A stretch of DNA of 64,000 nucleotides, from NCBI RefSeq assembly GCF_000372725.1, contig NW_005202427.1, positions 62,001 through 126,000 on the forward strand. The letters run 5' to 3'. The DNA is from Emiliania huxleyi CCMP1516 (Eukaryota). Under the pieces are notes generated by a model, which was given only the letters and a program-made list of their open reading frames with translations, was not told the origin of the DNA and did not search any database. Below are positions 23,591 to 36,164 of the stretch, piece by piece. Made by a program: the position numbers and the translations under genes. The stretch's first letter is position 1; every line of letters starts with the position of its first letter.

Positions 23591-24268
23591 TCAAACCTCG
23601 CCGTTGGCCTTCTTCTCTTTCCATACCTTGACGCGCCGCTCGTACCTTTAGGGGATGGGGCGGTGCAGGGGGGCTGAGCCCTTTGCGCAGAGCGCAGAGT
23701 TTGGCATGTGATTCAGGCCGCGGTGGGGGCGGCAGCAACGAGGAAGGGCGGTGACGGCGGCGTGTGCAGGGCGGTGGTAGGCGGCACGGAGGACGGCGGC
23801 GGTGGTGCAGGTGGCGGGGGAGAGAGGGTGCGCTGCGGGCGGCGCGCACTCGTGGTGCTGGCAGTGCTCATAGTCGTGGAAGAGGTCGCGGCACTTCCAC
23901 GGGAGGAAGTAGGTGTCGTACCGGCACCTGTGGGTCGAAGAGGTCTGCTGGGCTCAGGGGCGGACGGTCGCGGAGCGGTGCGCGTGAGAGATGACGCTGG
24001 GAAGCGGCGGCGCACTGGTTGAGGGGGATGAGCAGGTGGGCACAGTTGTCGCGGAAGCCGAGCGGCAGCTTGGCGTCCTTCATCTGCTGCCTCGTCACCG
24101 CGGGCCCTGGGGACGCGGGAGGCCGGCCGGCGGTGAGCACAACACTGCGTGCGCAACGTCGAGCCGACGCGGACGGCGGCAGCGCGGACCGTGATGATCA
24201 TCGTGATGCTCGGCGGCCTCCCGCATCTTCTCCAGCGCCTCCTTGTTCTCCGCGATCGCCGCCTGCAT
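23591..24268 (-). CDS. NDUFB7: NADH dehydrogenase (complex I) B18 subunit, spliced
   Basis: VTRQQMKDAKLPLGFRDNCAHLLIPLNQ|CRYDTYFLPWKCRDLFHDYEHCQHHE|YERRVK; twin Cx9C pattern. Confidence 0.88.
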
Positions 24269-24949
24269 GGCGAACCGAGCGATCGAGCGCCGAGGCGAGC
24301 AGTCGTACGCCCCGTCAGAAAGAGAAACCGTTCTGCGGGGAGGGAAAGGGGCCCTCATCTGCTCGTCTCAGAGGGTACCCTCTGTGCCAAGAGAGGCCAT
24401 CCACGAGCGGCTCAGAGGGTGCCTGAGCCGACCCTCTGAAGGCCTGTGCCGCCAAGCTAGCCTCTCTCGGCGCACGCAGCCTCTGAGGCTGGGGGGGGCC
24501 TCTGAGACGCCAAGGTAAGCCCCGCGAGGCCGCTCCTCAGAGTGGGTTTTCAGCGGTATTTCAAATCTGTCGTGATCTAGGTCGTGATCCCCCACCAAGC
24601 AGAGAGACCCCCCCCCCCCCCCCAGCTTCCATTTTTCGGATACCTCAAGTTCGAGTTCACTAGGACGCCGCGCCCGCGGCGCCTCATGGCCAAGCTGGAG
24701 CAGGGGACGGATGTGGAGATCATCACTACCTCCTCCTCGGGCGGCGCAGGGCTCGGCGCGGGCGCTGTGGGCGAGCCTGCAGCAGCAGCAAGCGTGTGTG
24801 GTGCCGGGCGCTTGAGCGTATAGAGTAGCGCCTACCCTTGAGCCTTGGTCATGCTCGCTGCTTCCGCCCCTCCCCGCCCTAGCTGGTCAGCGCCGTTCGT
24901 GGAGGGCTAGGCGCTCCGGCATTCTGTGCCGCCAAGCCAGGGGTCCGAC

Positions 24950-25999
24950 GGGTGTCTTGTGGTTCTTGCCCAAAAATGCGGATGGTTTTTGCCCATGCAC
25001 ATTTTTTGCATGTTTGCATATGTTGCATTCACACATATCATGGCATTTGAACGCATTTTATAGTGCATTCAAGACTGCATTCTTCATTTTCTGCATTGTT
25101 TTCGAGAGGCAGCTGCATTTCAGCTCTGCATATGCATGTTTTGCATTCGGTGGGCAACTGCATTTCAGCTGCATATGCATTCTTTGCATATTCGGTGGGC
25201 AACTGCATTTCAGCTGCATATGCATTTTCTGCATTCTTTGCATTCGGTGGGCAACTGCATTTCAGCTGCATATGCTTTTTCTGCATTCTTTGCATTCGGC
25301 GGGAAACTGCATTTAGTTGCATGGATTCACTGACACACGGCCTCCATTGCGTGTGCACCTAATCCTCCAAAAAGACAATGATGTCCCTCCCAGGGCGGTG
25401 CTGGCTGTCTCGGTCGACCACAATCTCGTTCTCCGTGCGCAAGTAAGCAACCGCAGCGCGAACATCAGTGCGGGTCAAGTGCCTGTTCGCCGAGCTGACA
25501 GTGCAAAATAAGTCGTCAAAGGAGCACCTGAGCTCCCCCTCTTCCCCATCTCCCCAGCCCCCTCCCCGACCGCGCGGACAAGAGCAACGACGGCGGCGAG
25601 GTCAGAGTGGTCAGCAGCAGATGAGGTGTGGAGGGACCGGACGAAGTGCTGCTCGCGGTGGGTGCCGGTCGCGGGGGGCGCCGGGGGGGGGGGCGCTAAC
25701 AGACCTCTTGCGCCCGCCTAGCCAACAAAATGGTGTATTATCATCTTGATGCATGCAAAATTCTACATTAGAGGAGGCAGGAACCGGAGCCAGATGGCCG
25801 AAGGGGTGGACTGCTCCGAGGACCTCCCAGATGCACTGTTATGCAATCACGCGCAAAATGCATCGAATGCATATGCAACGAAATGCAATCAGTGTTGTCT
25901 TTGCCCATGCAGTTGTAATGCAGGCGATGCATGCGAATGCAAAAATGCACTGCATGGGCAAAAACCACACGCATTTTGGGCAAGAACCACACTTTTCCC
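24950..25999. mobile_element. Non-autonomous TIR element with 10-bp (alternatively 8-bp) TSD, MULE-like
   Basis: ggggtccgac at 24940-24949 and 26000-26009; inverted tgtggttcttgcccaaaa...gcccatgca ends; internal tgca-rich tandem repeats at 25100-25320. Confidence 0.8.
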
Positions 26000-26391
26000 G
26001 GGGTCCGACCCCTCCTCAGAGGGGGGTCTGAGGCCTCAGCGTGTACAACCCCCTAGTGGAGCAGGAGAACTAGGAGAGCGTAACCAGTAGGAGGCCCGCG
26101 CCTGCCCCCGTGCCGCCGCGTGCAACCTGTCGTATACGAAAGAGGAATCCCTGGGACCCGGTCGTGTGGGTGAATCCTGCGCAGCCTCCCCCCACCGTGT
26201 CGCGATGCGCTCCCCGCTCCCGTCCCCTTGCCGTTGAGTTGTGTCCCTGATCGTCCTTCCAAGATCCTGCTCGTGCAGGCGGGGACCTGTCCCCTTCTCC
26301 CACCCCTCTTTGGCGTGTCCGATTTTATTTGTTATGGAGCTCTATGGACCTGGTGCCCCCCCCCCCCCCCCCTTCCCTGCTTAGGACTTAA

Positions 26392-26961
26392 GGTCCCTCG
26401 GGCCAGTTTCGGGGGGCAAACCCCGCCCGGCCCCTAGAACCCCAGGTAAGGCCCCGGTTTGGCCTAGGGCATCAGAAGGGACCAAGAGGCGTCCAGTCTG
26501 AGCCAAAGAGCCCTTTTTTTTCCCCCCAAAGTCTCGATCCAAATACCCGGACTGGACTGTACCCAAATGACGGGCCGCTCCTCCTCCTAAAACTCCCACG
26601 GTTTGGCCCCTTTCGGCCCGTCCGTTCAAAATATCTTAAGATCTGACCGGGGGATTCTCCCCAAACCTTGCTCAGCTGATCCAGCACGGGCCGTAGGCCA
26701 GCCCTGGGCAAAGAAACCAGTACCTCAACCGGCTTCCCTGAGCGTCACAGCTCGGTGATCGCGCCGGCCGGACACCACTGTAACGTCCGTTCCGGGCATT
26801 TGAACGCGACCTTCGGGGGCAAAGCAAAGACATGGGCTCTATGGCTCAGACTGGACGCCTCTAGTCTTGGTCCCTTCTGATGCCCTAGGCCACACCTGGG
26901 CCTTACCTGGGGTTCTAGGGGCCGGGCAGGGTTTGCCCGCCCGAAACTGGCCCGAGGGACC
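26392..26961. mobile_element. MITE with about 120-bp TIRs and TTAA TSD (Kolobok-like)
   Basis: TTAA|ggtccctcgggccagtttcggg ... cccgaaactggcccgagggacc|TTAA; GG...CC termini. Confidence 0.85.
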
Positions 26962-27337
26962 TTAAAAGAAAATTCCATTGCGATTGTCTGGGTGCAGACA
27001 GTGGGCGAGATGTGAGTCGGTGGGTGATGGAGACCAGTCTGGCACTGCTACGATACGAGCCCACGACGCCCTGCCTCGACGCGACCTTGACGGTGGCAGA
27101 GTCCAGCAGAGGCGGCGACAAGCAAACGGGGCACGTCAACGGTGCGCCGGCCGGGCAGTGCTGCTCGATGCACCCGCGGCAAAAGGCGTGGTGGCCGCAC
27201 GCCGCCCGCCGTGGCCGGGTCGGCGGTGTCCTCGTAGCACAGGGTCGCCAAAGGCGTGCTCGGCCCTGCCTCCTCCGCCGCCCTCTCGACGGCGGGGGGC
27301 GCACCCAGCACGCGTCCGGGAGTTATTAGTTTGGAAG

Positions 27338-27699
27338 AGTGGTTCGATCCCACACGAATCCGAGACGGTGACGGGCGCTGTCTCGGTGATCTCAGGCCCA
27401 GTGAGGTAGTGCATCAGACCTGTCCCGGATCCTGCTGAACAAGCTCCTCTTGTAGCTCGATCGGTCACACCGCCATCACCGTCGAGGAGAGGGGGGACGA
27501 CACTGCTTCGGCAGGGTGCACCTCGATCCTGTACCGTGTTTGTTATGCCCCCCCCCCCTGAACACTCCAGTGAGGGAGGGCGAGACGATCGATCGAGGGG
27601 TCCCGTACCATGCGGAATCGACCCTATCCAGTGCTCAAGTGCTCAAGTTTGGAAGGTGACCATGCGGAATCGACCCTATCAAGTGCTCAAGTGCTCAAG
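27338..27699 (-). repeat. Repeat family B, copy 2 (terminal about 40 bp duplicated)
   Basis: Reverse complement of 21544-21848; catgcggaatcgaccctatc...gtgctcaag occurs twice. Confidence 0.85.
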
Positions 27700-27834
27700 A
27701 ACAGCCAGGCTCGGAATGGACACCACAGGCACCAGCGCGGTGTGGGTGGACGAAAGAAAACCGCCGCGCGCGGGAAGCAGTAGAGGCTGCGACTCGACCC
27801 CGCTCTAGTTGTGGCCCCGAGAAGCCCCGCCACG

Positions 27835-30800
27835 ATGGAGGACGATGGAGATGTCGAGATCACCGGCGGCTCGGGCGTCAACGTGTCCGCCCCCCGCCCC
27901 CCGCCTCCCGCCTCCCTCCCCGCCCCGCCCCGCGCGCCGTTTTCGGCGCGCGCCGCGCACAACCACCCTGCCCGTCCGCAGGCCCTTCGTGACATGCCGC
28001 ACCCGCGCCACGACTGCGTGGTGCACAAGTGGCCGCAAGGCCCGCCCGCGCAAAATAAGGACGCGTGCAAGCAGTTCTGCGCCAAGTGCTTTTGCTGTGT
28101 GCACGCACCCGCCCTCGCTGCGCCCTGCCACCCGCCGCGCGACCGAGCCGGCTGCGTCGCGCGCCCGCAGTCGTGTGCGACATCGAGGCGAGCCGGTGCG
28201 AGCACTGGGACCAGCACTGCCTCGCCGACGGCTCTGTCGAGTGGCTAAAGAAGCGCCAGCAGCGCCAACGCACGGAGGAGGCGAGGCGCAAGGGCGCCCA
28301 GGTGCTTTGCAGCCGCTCCCGCCGCCGCCGCTCCCTTCCCCCTCGCACCGCGCCCGCGGCCTGACTGCTCGCGCCGCGCGTGTGCAGGCTGGGTACGTGC
28401 CGCGCCCCGCCGACGAGATGCGGCGCTCGTTTGCCGAGGCGGCCGCCCCCTGGGAGTGTGGCTCGCGCACACCCACACCGCGTCCGCGACACGTCCACGA
28501 CGCGGCCCCGCAGGCGGCCAACGAGGAGAACCGCCAGCAGGACATGTCGCAGGACGAGGAGGCGGCGGCGCAGGTGCGGGAGCAGGCGGCGGTCGAGGAC
28601 GAGGACGCCGAGGATATGTTCACCGCGACGTGCGCGCCGCCGCCCTGTGCAGCCGAGCAGCAGCCGGCGGGCGGTCTTCCCACCCGTCTGCCCGCGACGC
28701 AGGTACGAGCCCTTCCACTTCAAGCGCGGCCAGCCGCACCCGGACCCGGTGGTCGAGACGACCTCGCTCTCCTTCGCGGAGCCGCCTCCGATCAAGTACG
28801 ACCTCAACCTGCCCGACGGCATCTTCGAGCCGCGCGACGAGCTCGACAACCCCGCCGGAGGAGCGCTCTCCAACCTCCAGCTCGAGACGGTCGCGTACGC
28901 GTGCCAGCGGCACGAGTCGATCATGGCCAACGGCTGCCGCGCCGGCTTCTTCCTCGGCGACGGCGTCGGCCTCGGCAAGGGGCGGCAGCTCGCCGGCGTG
29001 ATCGTCGAGAACTGGCTGTGCGGTCGCAAGCGCCACCTGTGGGTCTCCGTCTCGGCCGACCTGATGGAGGACGCCAAGCGCGACCTCAAGGACATCGGCT
29101 TCTCGCACATCGAGGTGAAGAACATCACCAAGCTCGACTACGGCAAGCTCGACAAGAAGGGGCCCAAGGGGATCCGCGAGGGCGTCGTCTTCGCAACCTA
29201 CTCCGCGCTCGTCTCGAGCCAGCGCGGCGGCAAGACGCGCGCCGCGCAGATCGCCGAGTGGCTCGGCGGCGCCCAGGCCGAGGGCTGCATCCTCTTTGAC
29301 GAGTCGCACAAGGCCAAGAACCTCGCGCCAGAGAAGAACGAAAAGGGCAAGCCGACCACCAAAAAGTCGTCCAAGATGGCCCTCACCTGCCAGAAGCTGC
29401 AGGCCGACTGCCCGCGCTCGCGCGTCGTGTACTGCTCCGCCACGGGCGCCTCGTCGCTGCAAAACATGGCCTACATGGAGCGGCTCGGCCTGTGGGGCGC
29501 CCACACCGCCTTTCCCGACTTCAACGCCTTCGACAAGGCCATCGGCGGCGGCGGCGTCGGCGCGATGGAGCTGATCGCGCTCGACCTCAAGCGGCGGGGC
29601 ATGTACCTCTGCAGGCAGCTCTCCTTCTCGGCCGCCTCCTTCGACACCAAGATGGTCGACCTCACGCCGCGGCAGGAGAAGATGTACGACGAGGCGGCGG
29701 CCTTCTGGTCGGAGCTGCTCTGCGCGTTCAACTACGCCGTGCACGAGGCGTTCGGCCCCCCCCCGCGCGGGGGAGCCGCTAGTTCTAGAGCGACGCGGCG
29801 TGAGGTCGACCATCTTGGTGTCGAAGGAGGCGGCCGAGAAGGAGAGCTGCCTGCAGAGGTACATGCCCCGCGGCTTGAGGTCGATCGAGTTCNNNNNNNN
29901 NNNNNNNNNNNNNNNNNNNNNNNNNNNNNNNNNNNNNNNNNNNNNNNNNNNNNNNNNNNNNNNNNNNNNNNNNNNNNNNNNNNNNNNNNNNNTGGCCTAC
30001 ATGGAGCGGCTCGGCTTTGGGGGCGCCCCACCCGCCTTTCCCGATTTAAACGCTTTGGAAAAGGCCATTGGGGGGGGGGGGGTTGGCCCAATGGAACTAT
30101 TCCCCCTCGCCCCCAAGGGGGGGGGCATGTACCTTTGCAGGCAGTTTTCTTTTTGGGCCGCCTCTTTTGACACCAAAATGGTGGCCCCCCCCCCCCGGCA
30201 GGAGAAAATTTTCGCCGGGGGGGGGGCCTTTTGGTGGGAGGTGTTTTGGGGGTTAAATTACCCCGTGCCGGGGGGGTTTGGCCCCCCCCCCCCCCCCCCC
30301 GCCCCTCTCCCCCCGACCTCCCTCGCACGCCACCCCGCCCAACCCCCCCGGCTCACACCCCTCGGCCGCACACGACCCGCCCCCCTCACAGGTGCTCAAC
30401 CTGAAGGAGGTCAAGGGGCCGCCGAACCCGACGACGGGCAAGCCGAAGCCGCACCCGTCCTCGCGCGTGATCGGGCACTACTGGGGCTGCCACCAGCGCT
30501 TCTTCCGCTCGCTCTGCATGGCGATGAAGGTGCCCGAGCTGGTCAAGATGGCCAAGGGGGCGCTCGCAGACAACAAGTGCGTGGTGGTGGGGCTGCAGAC
30601 CACGGGCGAGGCGCGGCTCAACGACGCGGTCAAGTCGGGCGAGGACCTGGAGGAGTTCGCCGGGATGAAGGAGTGCGTCCGCTTCCTGCTCAAGAAGTTC
30701 CCCACCGGCGACTACACCAACCAGCACCCAGAGTCGGACCTCGACGACGGCGACGAGTCGGACGACGACGACCTGACGCGAGAGGTGGCGGGCGCGACAT

Positions 30801-33800
30801 CGCGGGTCAACGCGGGCAAGGTCGCCCGGGCGGCGGTCAAGCGGAGCGGCCGGCTCGCGAATGGCGGACGCGGCAGCGACGAGGAGGGCTCGGACGACGA
30901 GGACGACGACCTCGACGGCTTCATCGTGCGGGACGGGCAGGAGGAGGAGAGCGAGGACGAGGACTACGAGGCGACGGACGATGAGGAGGGTGACGGCGAG
31001 CAGGTGCGGCTGCCCGCCGCCTGCAAGAAGATGCCGGCGGGCCAGCTGCGCCAGCTGCTGCGCGCGGCCAAGATGAACGACCAGCAGTGCACCGGCCGCG
31101 CCAAGCTGGTGGAGCAGCTCAAGCAGGTGGAGCGGCAGGCGCGCAGCAGCGGCGGGCAGCGCGTCGCCGACCTCCTCGCGAAGGCGGGCCTCGGCGGCAG
31201 CAAGCGGCCCTCGCCCGACTCGGCTCAGGCGTCGGGCCGGCCCAAGCGGCGGCTGCAGCGCGGCGCGGAGAAGAAGAGCTACATCGAGCTCTCTTCCGAG
31301 GAGGAGGAGGAGGAGGAGGAGGACGTCGAGATGGGCGAGGCGGAGACCGGCGACTACTTCGTCGGCAAGGAGCTCTCGATCGAGCAGGAGGGGGGCGGCC
31401 GCCGCGTGGCCACCGTCGTGGCGCACTACCCGAGCACCGGCCACCACCGCGTGCGCTACGCTGACGGCGGCGGCGGCGCCGAGGACAGGGTGCTGCTCAA
31501 GGAGGTCAAGTGGGACTACCACCGCAAGCAGGCGGCGCCGGGGGCGAGCGGCGCGCGGCGGGCGGTGCAGGACTCGGACTCGGAGGCGCTCCCCGAGGCG
31601 GCGCGTGCTCGGGTGTTTGCGCATGACGCGTCCTCGACGCGCCCGTCACGTGTGCGCCGTAGGACCTGCTCGAGGCGGCGTGCTCGGGCGCGTCGGAGAA
31701 CGCGCCGCCGCAGAGGTCGAGCAAAGGCAAGGCGCGCAAGAGCGCTGGCAAGGCGCGGCGCGTGGCCGCCGACGATTCGGACGCCTCCTGGAGCGGCGGC
31801 TCCGGCGACGAGGACGAGGAGGAGGTGGCGCGCCCGACCAACCGCGCGAGCCGCTCCAAGTCGCCGCTGCCTGCGCCGACCAAGTCGGCGGCGAAGCCCA
31901 AGCCCAAGCGGCGCAAGAGCTACGGGTCGGACGACGACTTGCTGTCCGAGTCGGAGGAGGAGGAGGAGGACCTCAGCTGGGCGCAGCACAGCAACCCTGC
32001 CGAGATCAAGATGCTGCAGCGGCTCAAGAAGCAGCTCGTGCGCAAGCTGAACGCGCTCAAGATGCCCGACAACCCGCTCGACAAGCTCATCGAGGAGCTC
32101 GGCGGCGCCGAGTCGGTCGCCGAGCTCACGGGTCGCAAGGGGCGGCTCGTGCGCGACGAGGAGGGGCGCACCGTCTACCAGAAGCGGAACGCGAACGAGG
32201 TGGACTCCGACACGGGGCGGATGGTGGCGATGGAGCGCATCAACCTCGCGGAGAAGAAGGCCTTCATGGACGGCCGCAAGCTCGTCGCCATCATCTCTGA
32301 GGCGGCCTCGTCGGGCATCTCGCTGCAGGCGGACCGGCGCGTGCCGAACACGCGCAAGCGGCTGCACATCACGCTCGAGCTGCCGTGGTCCGCCGACCAG
32401 GCGAGTGCCTCACCGCTACCGCTCCCCCCCCTGCGCCTCTGCTCTCGTGATCTCTCTCCTCCCCTGCTGCCTCTCCCCTCCCGACTCTCCTCCCCTGCTG
32501 CCTCTCCCCTCCCGACCGCCCCCGCCGCCTCTCACTGTCCGCCCGCCTCACCGCCCTTGCAGTGCATCCAGCAGTGCGGCCGCACGCATCGCTCCAACCA
32601 GATCCACGGGCCGGAGTACCAGCTGTTCATGACGGCCTGCGGCGGCGAGCGCCGCTTTGCGTCGACGGTGGCCAAGCGGCTGCAGCAGCTCGGCGCCATC
32701 ACCAAGGGGGATCGGCGCGCTGCCGACGCGTCGGACCTCTCGATGTTCGACGTCGACACCAAGTGGGGCAAGAAGGCGTACGACGAGCTCATCGAGCTGC
32801 TCAGCAACCCGCTCTTCTCGTCGACCCGGCCGCCGCCGCCGTACGTGCGCCGTGCGCTCGGGCTCAAGGCGAACGACGAGCTGCACGCGCGGTGGAAGGA
32901 GTACCTGGACGACGCCGAGGAGGCGGTCGCCTCGGTCGGCATCAACACCGACGACAAGGGGAGCGTCAAGGGCTTCCTCAACCGGCTGCTCGGCATGTGC
33001 GTCAAGATGCAGAACAAGGTTTTCGACCACTTCATGGCCATCCTGGAGGAGAAGGTGCGCGTCGCCAAGCAGAACGGCGAGTTCGACGACGGCGTCGTCG
33101 ACATCCGCGGCGAGTCGGTCAAGGTGGGGCCGCCGCCTCGTGGCGCTGCTCCGGGAGATGCGTCTCGGACCCTTCTCGGAACCGTCCCTTAGGTCGCAGC
33201 CAACTTCCCTCGCGAGATGAAGAAGGACCCGATCTCGGGCGTGCCGCTGCTGCACTTCAAGCTGGACGTCGACCGCGGCCTCTCCTTCAAGCGCGCGATG
33301 GAGATGCTGGACGAAAAGGCAAAGTCGAACGAGACGGGCAAGCTCTACCCGAGAGAGGGATTCTACGTCTCGAAGCGGCCGCTTATTGGCCGCGAGAAGG
33401 AGGGGCCCAACGGCGTCAAGGCGCTCGCCTTCCTGATCCAGCGGCCCATGAGCGCGTTTGCCGTGCCGAGCACGTACATCCACACGTACGGCATCCACCG
33501 CCCAAACACGGGGCTTGGGGCGACGGACAGCTTTGAGAGCTTCACCGAAGGCATCACACCGCGCTTCTCCAAGCTGACGCCCGAGGCCGCCAAGGACAAG
33601 TGGGAGGCGCTCTACCGCGACGGGCTCCGGATGTGCAGCCACGGCCCGAACTGCAAGCACGGCTCGAGGTGCACGGTCGGCAAGCGGGTGCAGCAGCAGC
33701 ACCTGATCTGCGGCGCGGTGATCCCATTCTGGGCGGTCATCAAGGAGCACCTCGAGTATCAGAAAAAGGGCGGGCGCGACGGCAGCCTCCAGATGGTCAA

Positions 33801-34302
33801 GGTGATGCGTATCGTCCGCGTGCGCTGCGTGGGCGCGGACGGCCGCGAGCAGCGGCTTGTCGGCGTCGAGATCTCCGACAAGGGCGTGGCCAAGCTCGAT
33901 GCCGCGCTCAACAATCAGCCGGCGCCGCAGGTGCCGCCCCCGACTCGCCCCGGCGCCGTCGCCACCGCCCAATCACGGGATCCCCGCCCCGCACCGCAGG
34001 ACGTCAAGCCCGACGTCAAGCCCGACCTGCACCAGCTGGGCCGGGGCGGCGCCTCCTCCTCCTCGTCGCACGGTGGCGGCGCCTCCTCCTCCGACGTCAA
34101 GCCGGACGTGCGCGGCTTGCGCGTCGGCGCTCACGTGATGGTGCACGGCCTCGCGACGGACGCGGGGAAGAAGCTCAACGGCAAGCGCGGCAAGATCGAG
34201 CGGTGGGACGCGGCAATGCAGCCGTCCGGCCGCTGGATCGTCAGGATCGACGGCCAGCAAGGCACGAACGCGCTGCAGGCCAAGAACCTGGGGGCGCTCT
34301 GA
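27835..34302 (+). CDS. SBNO: Strawberry notch homologue (SF2 helicase-like), multi-exon, interrupted by a gap
   Basis: GFFLGDGVGLGKGRQ, FDESHKAKN, YCSATGAS, YMERLGLWG, HQRFFR, AELTGRK, IISEAASSGISLQAD, ELPWSAD, GRTHRSNQ, FLNRLLG. Confidence 0.93.
29779..30330. other. Assembly artefact: vector-like junction, inverted read piece, gap and low-quality duplicate
   Basis: ctagttctagagcg is the reverse complement of a common XbaI/SpeI polylinker stretch; 29793-29890 inverts about 29575-29672; 29993-30290 is an error-rich repeat of 29467-29760. Confidence 0.8.
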
Positions 34303-34582
34303 CGGGCGGCGCGAGAGCTCCGCCGGCGCGCGCCGCCGCTCTCTGACGCGCCTTTTGCAAAGGGCCGCGTATGCTACGTGGAGGCCTCTCTTGCTCTGCG
34401 GGGAGCATGTTTTTGTTCCCCCGCTGTCGGGGGAGGCGGGGCGGCGGTCTGCCTGTCTCTCCCGTCTCCGACTCTGACACTCTGTACCCCGCGGCGAGCC
34501 ATCGATTGTTCTTTTCGTGTTCTCTTCTACAGTCGTGCGCGTGGAATGAGATCAAGTCCTCCGCTCACCCAAGCAAACCTCC

Positions 34583-35802
34583 ACTGGTTGGGTAGTAGAG
34601 GCTAAGAGTTCTGAGCCTCGAGGCTTAACGGGTCTAAGTGTGACCGGTCACGCTCGGGTGCGTACGCGGTCTAAGATCGGCGGGAGCCTCTTATACGGTG
34701 CCTCAAAATTTTCTTCGCCTGCGGCGGGCGTGCGCCGTCGCAACTTGCGCACGGAGAGGCGGAGAGGAGAGGTCGTGCGCGGCTCGATGCGCGGCAACTG
34801 GCGACGGCGCTTGTAGCTTTTGACCCATGGGGTCGTGCAAAATATCGACTAGGTCCAGCCCTGGGTGGCGCAGGTTGTGACATTTGGCGATTCCGCGACT
34901 TACTGGGCCCCTGAGCCGCTACCCGTGTGCGATTTTTTGTGGCCCGGGCATGATACTGATAGTAAACGGGTCAGAACCGGCCAAACACAGGCTACAGCCC
35001 CACACACGCGCCCGCCATAGCTCCTGGAGAGCATGCGCGAGTGACGCGCTACAAGCCGCGAGAGTGGCATTAGAGGCAGGAACGACGTGCTCTTGCTGCA
35101 CCTCGCAGCTGCACCGAGTGTGCTCGCAGTGTATGCCACGGCCACCGCCTGCGGCATTGCTCTCGTGCAGCTAGGCGACGCAGGTCCATCAGCAGGGCTC
35201 ATCCAATGCGAGCGCACATTGTGCGTAGCCGCAGGCAGGTGGCAGTGGACGCACCCACCGGCTGTGGCGGCTCGTATGCCCCCGGCAGTGCTGCTAGTCA
35301 TTAACTTGCGTATTAGGGCCGCAGCAGACTGCTGCTGTGGCAGCAGCAGCAGCAGCCTGCTGCCTGATTCAGTCAAGCCAGCGGCGCAGCGAGGCGTGCA
35401 GAATTTGCGTGGTTTTGTTCCTCCTGAGGCTGAGCGCATTCGAGCCCTTCGACCGGAGTTGGATGGTACCACGCGTCTCACTGAGACGCGGGGTACTGGC
35501 CATGGCCGGACTACGGAGCGTGAGGTGGCGAGCGGAGCGAGCGACAAAACAACGAGAAAAACACGGATCTGACGATTGTCACAGAACGTCAGATCTTGCG
35601 CCACCCAGGGCTGGACCTAGTCTATCCAGGGTTTACACTTTTTATTTAGCAGACCGCGGGCCACCTCGTGTCGTCTAAGTTCGTGAGTCCGATCACCAGC
35701 GTCTAAGTTTGAGAGCCCGCTCCTTCCGGGGGCTTAGTTCAGCGCTCGGCTGCGAGCAGGTCTAAGTTTTGGGCAACCCTCTACCCCTACTACCCAACCA
35801 TT
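34583..35802. mobile_element. Non-autonomous TIR element with 8-bp TSD
   Basis: TSD aaacctcc at 34575-34582 and 35803-35810; TIR actggttgggtagtag / ctactacccaaccatt. Confidence 0.85.
34847..35622. mobile_element. Nested TIR element with 26-bp perfect TIR and 4-bp TSD
   Basis: tatc|gactaggtccagccctgggtggcgca ... tgcgccacccagggctggacctagtc|tatc. Confidence 0.85.
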
Positions 35803-36164
35803 AAACCTCCCCAGCCTCCCATCGCGAGCGACGCTCGATTCGGATGGGGTGGAGGCGGCGGCGAGGCCGGTGTGGTGACCACGTCGGGCGCAACTTCGAG
35901 CGAGAGCACGTTAGCGACACCGGCGCGTTTCAGCGCGTCGCGCACGCTGGCCGCGCTGGCCGCCTCGACATGCACGACAACGTACTGCTAAGTGTACGTG
36001 CATGCAGCATGCATGGTGTGCGCGCCGGGTGAGCATGCATGCAGCGACTCGCTCGCCCGGGATCCGTCGAGGTGGGGCGTCGTGGACCGCTCTCAAGCTG
36101 CACCAGTGGCAGCTCTGGCTCTCCCTTGAGCGAGGAGCAGACGGGCAGCAGCACCTCCTCTCCG

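Noticed and set aside
25100..25320. Regular repeats resembling a CRISPR array
   Set aside because: Tandem units without unique spacers, inside a TIR element, eukaryotic context and no cas genes.
21544..27699. Single composite transposon carrying def and NDUFB7
   Set aside because: No TSD, and a third unpaired copy of the repeat exists; independent insertions are simpler.
29779..30330. Inverted and tandem duplication inside SBNO
   Set aside because: Adjacent to a gap, starts with polylinker-like sequence and shows homopolymer-type errors; best explained as a read or assembly artefact.
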